From Eledone cirrhosa (Eukaryota), in NCBI GenBank assembly GCA_964016885.1, contig OZ024745.1:69192001-69256000 (forward strand): DNA of 64,000 nt, read 5' to 3'. Positions 55,858-64,000 of the stretch are shown here, one piece after another. The position numbers and the translations under genes are program-made. A model generated the notes under the pieces. That model was not told the origin of the DNA and did not search any database. It saw only the letters and a list, made by a program, of their open reading frames with translations. How positions within the stretch are numbered: the stretch's first letter is position 1; every line of letters begins with the position of its first letter.

Positions 55858-56914
55858 GTATAGCATGGGGATTCATTATACAATAAACCCTTCATTTCAC
55901 CCTAAGTGTAATTTTATCATTTCTGATCAATCGTATAGAAAGTAAATTAAAATATCAAATGAAATATATCGAAGGAAGAAATATATAGATAGTTCCTGAT
56001 AAAAATTGATACATCGTATGGTGATAGTCACAATGTGAAGATGGAAAATGGCTTCCTGAGTGAAGTGTGACCTTTGGCATTTTGACATAACGATAAATCT
56101 TATTCTTTGAAGGTACATTATTGACAAATGGATTTCACAGAATGTTTCAATTGAAATATAAGGACACCATGGCTTACTTCTCTCATACTGGTTTATACTG
56201 GTTTATACTAGTTTATATTAGTTCCAAACACTGGGTTGTGGTAATGGGACAATGCTGTCTTACACGAGAGCCATGGACAACAAATAGATGGACCTCTGTT
56301 GTTAAAGACGTTGAGTGTTCCAGTTGTTTGAACAACAGAACAGCTCTTTCGTGAAATTAACATACAAGTGGTTGAGCATTCCATAAGTATATATAACCTT
56401 AGCAGTTGAGTAGACGGAAATGAAATAAATAAAATATAATGTTTGGAAAATGAAACTATGACTTTATGATCGAGAGACCAACATTCTAACAACTAAGCCA
56501 CGGGCCTTCACAAATTAGAAACATTCTAGTCAGCTAATTATTCAAACTACAGTGCTTGTATAATATTGCATGCTTACAAGCTTGGTGCCATTTCAAGGGA
56601 CCTTGGTTAGCTCTCTGTTACCGTGTGAAAGAGAGAAATAATATTTTCTCATACAGTCACAGGACTAACAGATATTTCTGGAGTAGAAATTAAAAATATC
56701 GACCGTGTTCTAAATTAGCATTTATTTTATCGATCCTGAAATGATGTAAAGGAAGATTGATTTTGACGAGATTTGAACTCAGAAAATAAAGAGCCGAAAA
56801 AGAAAAAAATACGACGCTTTAGCCATTTTGCCAATCCAACGTCCTTGAAAGAGAAACATAATTATAGCGATAAGAAAGAGACAATAGAATGAGTGAATAA
56901 GAGGAAAGTAGAAT

Positions 56915-56980
<66 letters not shown>

Positions 56981-57559
56981 GAGAGAGAGAGAGACTGTGT
57001 GTGTGTGTGTAAGCTAAAAGTAGAGTAAGAGAAGAAAGTGGAGAGATGCGACACATACTATATCTATTCATACGGAGAATACCTTCTATCCCATTCCATT
57101 AAGTCAGTTTTCTATCTTCATATCTCTCCCATGAAATAAGATTATAACAGTAACCAATGTGACGTGATAATAGCTCAGTTATTATGACTATAAATCAATT
57201 ATCAACTTTGTTCGAAAATCAATTTGCAATGCATTTATATTTAGTAATTCTTTCTATTCTGTACCGAAAATAGAGCTTATGTTCACTGGAAAATTACCTA
57301 AATGAAGGTCATGCTAGAAACATTGATTAATAATGAGTTAAAAAATAGAACGATAGAAATTAATGTGTTCGAAGAGAGGAATATATTGACACTTTTAGAA
57401 ATGTGTAGAATATAATTACGTACTGAGGAGACTCGTACAATTCGAAATACACACACACACGCGTACACACTCACACACACACACACGCACGCAATATATA
57501 TATATATATCTGGTAGACATGTTGACTAATCGGGATTGGGTATGTAGCGTACTAATTAA

Positions 57560-57880
57560 TAAATAATGATACTATTTGATTTCAGCGCTCAACGTCATGT
57601 ATTTTCTTCCAAATATGATTTGTTAGTCAGTGACGAATTATAAGTAGAATAAGGAAAATGTGAAGTTCAGTGCAGATGGTAAAAAGTCCTTTATTCACAA
57701 AGCTGTCATACATATTTCAATGACGATTGTGGTTGGTCAATCTTGAAACTAGTCGCGCGAGTTTATCAGACATCATCTTACGTAATAAGGTTACGTGTCT
57801 GAGGCAATCCAATCTAAATGCTATTTTCATAGCCGAATTCCAATCCTTTATTACATAAGATGCTGTCTGATGATATCGAT
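57560..57880 (-). mobile_element. Decayed PLE pLTR element (28.7 kb family) with short inverted piece
   Basis: Homology to 28699-28860; GCTGT-CTGATGA at about 57862; degenerate tail hairpin at 57587-57639. Confidence 0.6.
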
Positions 57881-58085
57881 CAACATAACAGGAATATTCA
57901 CTTTTGCTGTATTGACCGCATTAGAATCTATTGAATAAGATAACAGACACAAATATTTATTACCATAACATGTCTCAGTGTTTCAGGTCCGAAAACGTAA
58001 AACAATTGAAATTTTTAAATTTCAGTTATGAAAACGTTAAACCTGGTTATTTTCATTCACACCCACATACCCCCCCCCACGCACC

Positions 58086-58124
<39 letters not shown>

Positions 58125-58132
58125 ATACATAC

Positions 58133-58209
<77 letters not shown>

Positions 58210-58210
<1 letters not shown>

Positions 58211-58490
58211 GGAATAGAAAACGAAAAATCAGTGATGCATCTGAACTCAATTTATTGTGTGTTACATTTGTTCCCCCGACGGACAGCTCGAGACGCGATT
58301 ATTGTGTGGTTCTGTCTGATTCTGGACCCTCAGGTTTGACGGACACGTCTACAATTGTAACACACAATAAATTGAGTTCAGATGCATCACTGATTTTTCG
58401 TTTTCTATTCTATGATACTCTGCTCTGTAAGAGTATAGAGTGCTCAACCTGCATACCGCCAATGGAAGCATCTTAGCTACCATCAGACTC
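58210..58490 (+). mobile_element. Mini PLE palindrome (arms 58212-58270 / 58351-58410) plus tail
   Basis: Near-perfect arms; CAATTG-TA stem III-like motif; tail hairpin at 58415-58443. Confidence 0.7.
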
Positions 58491-58697
58491 CCCCCCCCAC
58501 ACACACAGACACACACACCCACCCACACCCACACACCCACACACATAAGGATATTTATATTTATATATGTTTAATACAACTATAAATATGGAGGGTAGTA
58601 CTAAGTACTATGCTCCGATGATACCAGACTTCCCTCAGAAAGAAACAATTGTCAGCAAATGAATGATCTAAAGTAAAATTTGATCATGTTAAGACTT

Positions 58698-59091
<394 letters not shown>

Positions 59092-59599
59092 CTCACACTT
59101 TCACTCACTCCCTCTCTACTACTCCCCCTCTCTCAATTCCTCCCGTCTGACCTGCTTGAATTTCTTTCCTCTCTCAATCTTTTCGTGGCTCGGACGTGTC
59201 TATTTCTTCTCATCAATTTGATTTGTCGGACTTAAGCCCACAAGATTCATTGGCTTGTCTCTCTTTTCCTCTCTTTACGTTGCATTACTACCATGTTGTT
59301 TGTTTCCTTCCCTCCGTTTTCCTCTGTCCCGATAACTAAATTTAGTTATCGCTCGGACTGATTTTAGGTGTCTAGTCTTTAATGCGAAGAAATACCAACG
59401 ATAATCAGCAGACTACTGATGAGGGACATTTAATCTCTTGGTCTATTTTTATTCATATGTTCATGTTCAAACAACGCAGCACGCCATTTTTCATTCATAT
59501 ATATATATATTTTTTCTTTTTTCTTTTTAGGAACGATCTACTTTCGTCAAATCGGACCGAGGAAACAACGTTTCCATTGGTCTTTCCAATTGCTAATAC

Positions 59600-59737
59600 T
59601 ATCTATCGGTGGCAACTCCAGGTAGAAGGAGCAACGTGTCTTGCTCAAGGACATAACGCATCGCCTGGTCTGAGAATCGAGTTCACAACCTCACGATTGC
59701 GAATCCAATTCTCTAACCACTCAGCCGGACGCCTTCA

Positions 59738-59740
<3 letters not shown>
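59600..59740 (-). mobile_element. tRNA/CORE-like SINE head (family C)
   Basis: The reverse complement reads GAAGGCGTCCGGCTGAGTGGTTAGAG..CTCGATTCTCAGACC..GTTATGTCCTTGAGCAAGACAC. Confidence 0.65.
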
Positions 59741-59802
<62 letters not shown>

Positions 59803-59928
59803 GTAGGAGGTGAGTTTTATTGTAGTACAATAAAGCAATGCAGATATCGGATAAGAAGCACTCTACAGTTTGTGGGACTGGAGTATGCATAATATAAGAT
59901 CAAAAGATGGTTAAAGGAGTTCCATATA

Positions 59929-59995
59929 TTTTATTATGCGCATTTCAAAAACAAACATCATCATGCAATAATATTTGTGTTTTCATCAGATAAAA
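59929..59995 (-). ncRNA. Type I hammerhead ribozyme in the PLE pLTR
   Basis: TTTTAT-CTGATGA-AAAC-ACAAATAT..ATGTTTGT-TTTT-GAAA-T-GCGC-A-TA-ATAAAA, with a canonical core and palindromic stem III. Confidence 0.85.
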
Positions 59996-60084
59996 CAGGA
60001 GAACATGATATGAAGGCCAAAAAAACACTTGTGGATAGTGCAGTTTTAAATCAACATATGAAAAGTGGTTTTAGATTGATGTGT

Positions 60085-60510
60085 GATATTGGGAAAAATA
60101 TTTTATTTAGAGAGGGGGGGGAGGATGAAAAGGGAAGGAGATGAGAGGGAGAGATGGGTGATAGAGAGAAAGAGATAGTTTTTATAACTGAGAGGAGATA
60201 TATTTTTTACATAGAGAGGTTGAAAACCGTTGGAAGATACTGTATAAATTAAAAATTTTGAAAATTAACGAAGGGAGGATATGTGCGAGGAAAAAATATT
60301 TTATTTAGGGAGGGGGGGGGGGGAGGATGAAAAAAAGGGGGAGGAGATGAGAGTGAAGGTGGAGCGGGAGAGATGGGTGATAGAGAGAAAGAGATAGTTT
60401 TTATAACTGAGAAAAAGATATATTGTTTTAATATAGAGAGGTTGGGAACCGTTGGAAGATAATGTATAAATTAAAGGAATTTGAAAATTAACGAAGGGAA
60501 ATTATGTATG
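60085..60510. repeat. Tandem duplication of about 200 bp within the PLE 3' UTR
   Basis: AAAAATATTTTATTTAG-G(n)-AGGATGAAAA..GGGAGAGATGGGTGATAGAGAGAAAGAGATAG occurs twice. Confidence 0.8.
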
Positions 60511-61001
60511 AAGATAGAGAGAAAAAAATAATAATTGTGGGTGAATATTCTAACGTCAAAAAAAAAGAAATGTATGTATTGTGGCAATTTCAAAATTAGC
60601 GAAGAGAAAAATTGTTAAGGTTTGTGTGTAGAAGGATTTGAGAAAAATAATGTGAAGTTAAAGTTTGTATATTGATTGAATTGATAATATGTGCGAATAA
60701 AGAGTTAATATGTATTAATAATGAGTTCGTTGATGGGGAGAAAAAAATAATAATAAATTAAGGATGAAATTGAGATTAAAAAGATTTATGATAGAGAGAA
60801 AAAATAATAATGATTGCGGATGAATATTCTAATGTCAAAACAAATGTTATGATTTTACAAGAAGATAGAATGAGGGTAATGAGTAAACGAGTATTATAGA
60901 GTGTATAATGCCCTTTAAAGTAAGGTAGATGGGTATATTTTAAAGAGGTGTATGTATATGTGCCTTTGAGAAAAGATTCTAAATTGATAAAGAATTGAAT
61001 A

Positions 61002-62198
61002 TTAACTGTATACTTTGTGAAAAGTTCTATGGAATTTATGCAGGCAGATAGAAAACAAATCTGTGCGTCTATTTATTATAGAATCTAGGTTAGAGATAAT
61101 GGTAAATTTTTCATTTAGGCAGAGATTACAGATTTTAGATAGAGAGCTGTTCAAGTATGAGGATGCAGAAGAAATCTTCTTCCAAAAGATGGTATATTTA
61201 ATGTTTTTGTCTTTTAAGGACCATATGAGTTCTGAGAGAGCAGTGTTAGTTCTTTTAAGTTTGTATTTGAAAGATGAATGATGATTATAGAGACGAGCTT
61301 TAAAAGAGGTGGAAGTGGAGCCAAAATAGGTGAAGGAATTGGTGCTAGTTATAATTTTACATTCATAAATTAAGTTTTTATCGAGACAATGGTTGTTGAG
61401 AGGACATTTATTTTTAATGCGGCAGTTGCAATTAGAGAGATTATTAATGAGTGATCTAGTGTTATCTATAGAAGGAATTGGATTGGAGAAGTTGTTTGCG
61501 ATAGGAATAATAGGAATAATAGTCTCTTGATTTAGAGTTGGATTATGAACATTTAGCGAAGTTGTGTTTGACGTTGTATTTGGGTTTACAGAAGTTAGCC
61601 TAGGGTTTACAATGACGTCGGGAGTACTATTACTGTTATTATGAAATTCAATATTGGAAGGAAGAGATTTAGTATTTAATATTTTGTTGTTGTGTTTAGA
61701 GATGATGTTGGAAATATTGGAGGATGTAGAATACGAAAATTTGATGGTGTGTTTGTTAAATATTTTACTATAGATATGTGAGGGAGGGAAGCATTTATTT
61801 AAGGCACTAAAAAATAATTTAGGAATATTGTTATTAATAGAGATGGAGAAAGGAGCATTATACCAGATTATGTTTTTGTATCTAGGTCTTTTATTAAAAT
61901 TGTTGGAATGGTCATGATTAATTATTCTACTGTAAGTTTTTCTAGAATTTGTTTCTTTATTATATTTGATTTTATCTGGATAGCCGGCTTTAGAAAGTGC
62001 GTTATTATAGTAATTGGCGTTAGCATCAAAGATGTTTTTATTAGAAGATATGTTAGATATTCTATTTCCAATATTATTAACTATAGCATTCTTGATATTG
62101 GTAGGATGGTTAGATTTAAAGTTAACATAATTAAGGTTCTCATTGTTTTTATGGTAAGGGTAATATAGGCCAGTGTCAAGATTAAGAGATACATCCAA
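61002..62198 (-). CDS. Partial PLE polyprotein: RT C-terminus/thumb, Cys linker and GIY-YIG endonuclease (5'-truncated; the listed start is a TTG Leu)
   Basis: (HNLKIEFDNSIKLANF)LDVSLNL..YYPYHK..YVNFKSNHP..IIWYNAPFS..FNKHTIKFSYS..CNCRIKNKCPLNNHCL..LIYECKI..TYFGSTSTSFKARLYNH..LSELIWSLKD..CNLCLNEK..CLHK. The frame stays open back to 62246. Confidence 0.9.
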   Translation of the reverse strand: MDVSLNLDTGLYYPYHKNNENLNYVNFKSNHPTNIKNAIVNNIGNRISNISSNKNIFDANANYYNNALSKAGYPDKIKYNKETNSRKTYSRIINHDHSNNFNKRPRYKNIIWYNAPFSISINNNIPKLFFSALNKCFPPSHIYSKIFNKHTIKFSYSTSSNISNIISKHNNKILNTKSLPSNIEFHNNSNSTPDVIVNPRLTSVNPNTTSNTTSLNVHNPTLNQETIIPIIPIANNFSNPIPSIDNTRSLINNLSNCNCRIKNKCPLNNHCLDKNLIYECKIITSTNSFTYFGSTSTSFKARLYNHHSSFKYKLKRTNTALSELIWSLKDKNIKYTIFWKKISSASSYLNSSLSKICNLCLNEKFTIISNLDSIINRRTDLFSICLHKFHRTFHKVYS

Positions 62199-62246
62199 GA
62201 AATTAGCTAGTTTGATACTATTATCAAATTCAATTTTTAGGTTATG

Positions 62247-64000
62247 TTGAATTTGATAATAGTATCAAACTAGCTAATTTCTTGGATGTATCTCTTAATC
62301 TTGACACTGGCCTATATTACCCTTACCATAAAAACAATGAGAACCTTAATTATGTTAACTTTAAATCTAACCATCCTACCAATATCAAGAATGCTATAGT
62401 TAATAATATTGGAAATAGAATATCTAACATATCTTCTAATAAAAACATCTTTGATGTTAACGCCAATTACTATAATAACGCACTTTCTAAAGCCGGCTAT
62501 CCAGATAAAATCAAATATAATAAAGAAACAAATTCTAGAAAAACTTACAGTAGAATAATTAATCATGACCATTCCAACAATTTTAATAAAAGACCTAGAT
62601 ACAAAAACATAATCTGGTATAATGCTCCTTTCTCCATCTCTATTAATAACAATATTCCTAAATTATTTTTTAGTGCCTTAAATAAATGCTTCCCTCCCTC
62701 ACATATCTATAGTAAAATATTTAACAAACACACCATCAAATTTTCGTATTCTACATCCTCCAATATTTCCAACATCATCTCTAAACACAACAACAAAATA
62801 TTAAATACTAAATCTCTTCCTTCCAATATTGAATTTCATAATAACAGTAATAGTACTCCCGACGTCATTGTAAACCCTAGGCTAACTTCTGTAAACCCAA
62901 ATACAACGTCAAACACAACTTCGCTAAATGTTCATAATCCAACTCTAAATCAAGAAACTATTATTCCTATTATTCCTATCGCAAACAACTTCTCCAATCC
63001 AATTCCTTCTATAGATAACACTAGATCACTCATTAATAATCTCTCTAATTGCAACTGCTGCATTAAAAATAAATGTCCTCTCAACAACCATTGTCTCGAT
63101 AAAAACTTAATTTATGAATGTAAAATTATAACTAGCACCAATTCCTTCACCTATTTTGGCTCCACTTCCACCTCTTTTAAAGCTCGTCTCTATAATCATC
63201 ATTCATCTTTCAAATACAAACTTAAAAGAACTAACACTACTCTCTCAGAACTCATATGGTCCTTAAAAGACAAAAACATTAAATATACCATCTTTTGGAA
63301 GAAGATTTCTTCTGCATCCTCATACTTGAACAGCTCTCTATCTAAAATCTGTAATCTCTGCCTAAATGAAAAATTTACCATTATCTCTAACCTAGATTCT
63401 ATAATAAATAGACGCACAGATTTGTTTTCTATCTGCCTGCATAAATTCCATAGAACTTTTCACAAAGTATACAGTTAATATTCAATTCTTTATCAATTTA
63501 GATCTTTTCTCAAAGGCACATATACATACACCTCTTTAAAATATACCCATCTACCTTACTTTAAAGGGCATTATACACTCTATAATACTCGTTTACTCAT
63601 TACCCTCATTCTATCTTCTTGTAAAATCATAACATTTGTTTTGACATTAGAATATTCATCCGCAATCATTATTATTTTTTTCTCTCTATCATAAATCTTT
63701 TTAATCTCAATTTCATCCTTAATTTATTATTATTTTTTTCTCCCCATCAACGAACTCATTATTAATACATATTAACTCTTTATTCGCACATATTATCAAT
63801 TCAATCAATATACAAACTTTAACTTCACATTATTTTTCTCAAATCCTTCTACACACAAACCTTAACAATTTTTCTCTTCGCTAATTTTGAAATTGCCACA
63901 ATACATACATTTCTTTTTTTTGACGTTAGAATATTCACCCACAATTATTATTTTTTTCTCTCTATCTTCATACATAATTTCCCTTCGTTAATTTTCAAAT
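62247..64000 (+). mobile_element. Inverted copy of the same Neptune-type PLE (runs off the window end)
   Basis: Reverse complement of 60479-62233, separated by a 13-nt spacer. Confidence 0.9.
62282..63478 (+). CDS. Partial PLE polyprotein, inverted copy (3 aa differences from the minus copy)
   Basis: Same 398-aa frame with A>V, R>C and A>T changes. Confidence 0.9.
   Translation: MDVSLNLDTGLYYPYHKNNENLNYVNFKSNHPTNIKNAIVNNIGNRISNISSNKNIFDVNANYYNNALSKAGYPDKIKYNKETNSRKTYSRIINHDHSNNFNKRPRYKNIIWYNAPFSISINNNIPKLFFSALNKCFPPSHIYSKIFNKHTIKFSYSTSSNISNIISKHNNKILNTKSLPSNIEFHNNSNSTPDVIVNPRLTSVNPNTTSNTTSLNVHNPTLNQETIIPIIPIANNFSNPIPSIDNTRSLINNLSNCNCCIKNKCPLNNHCLDKNLIYECKIITSTNSFTYFGSTSTSFKARLYNHHSSFKYKLKRTNTTLSELIWSLKDKNIKYTIFWKKISSASSYLNSSLSKICNLCLNEKFTIISNLDSIINRRTDLFSICLHKFHRTFHKVYS

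Larger units (their letters stand above)
59801..62246 (-). mobile_element. 5'-truncated Neptune-type Penelope-like retroelement (sense copy): ORF 3' part, about 1-kb 3' UTR, hammerhead, tail
   Basis: RT thumb plus GIY-YIG ORF; hammerhead at 59929-59995; tail hairpin at 59858-59886; 3' end abuts (TA)n. Confidence 0.9.

Noticed and set aside
61063-63417. Small ORFs at 61063-61281, 61908-62168, 62312-62572 and 63199-63417
   Set aside because: They are antisense shadows of the PLE reading frames.

Overview
This is a very AT-rich, repeat-saturated eukaryotic intronic or intergenic window. The SINE families and (TA)n density suggest an octopus/cephalopod genome, which is inference. No intact host gene is supported, and almost all ORF-track entries are (TA)n/(CA)n/(GA)n artefacts. 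The real coding remnants are Penelope-like retroelements (PLEs) of the Neptune type, with an RT C-terminus, a CxC..CPL..C linker and a GIY-YIG endonuclease. One is a young, near-perfect inverted pair at 59.8-64 kb and another is a frameshifted copy at 24.6-25.5 kb. About 20 short non-coding insertions from about 10 sequence-unrelated families sit inside (TA)n tracts. They share one architecture: (TA)n, an inverted 5'-truncated copy, the sense copy, an unpaired tail, then (TA)n. Many carry a type I hammerhead ribozyme (CUGANGA...GAAA, often with a palindromic stem III) whose stems covary between families. Nearly all tails begin with the same hairpin, (A/G)CTC-[variable stem-loop]-2-nt bulge-GAG(T/C), placed just past the end of the inverted arm. 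I do not recognise this motif as described; it is a candidate PLE recognition or priming signal. The window also holds 420-490 bp hammerhead-bearing tandem units (retrozyme-like), tRNA-derived SINEs with ATT-starting TSDs, Helitron-like and RTE-like non-autonomous elements, and inverted duplications centred on (TA)n.
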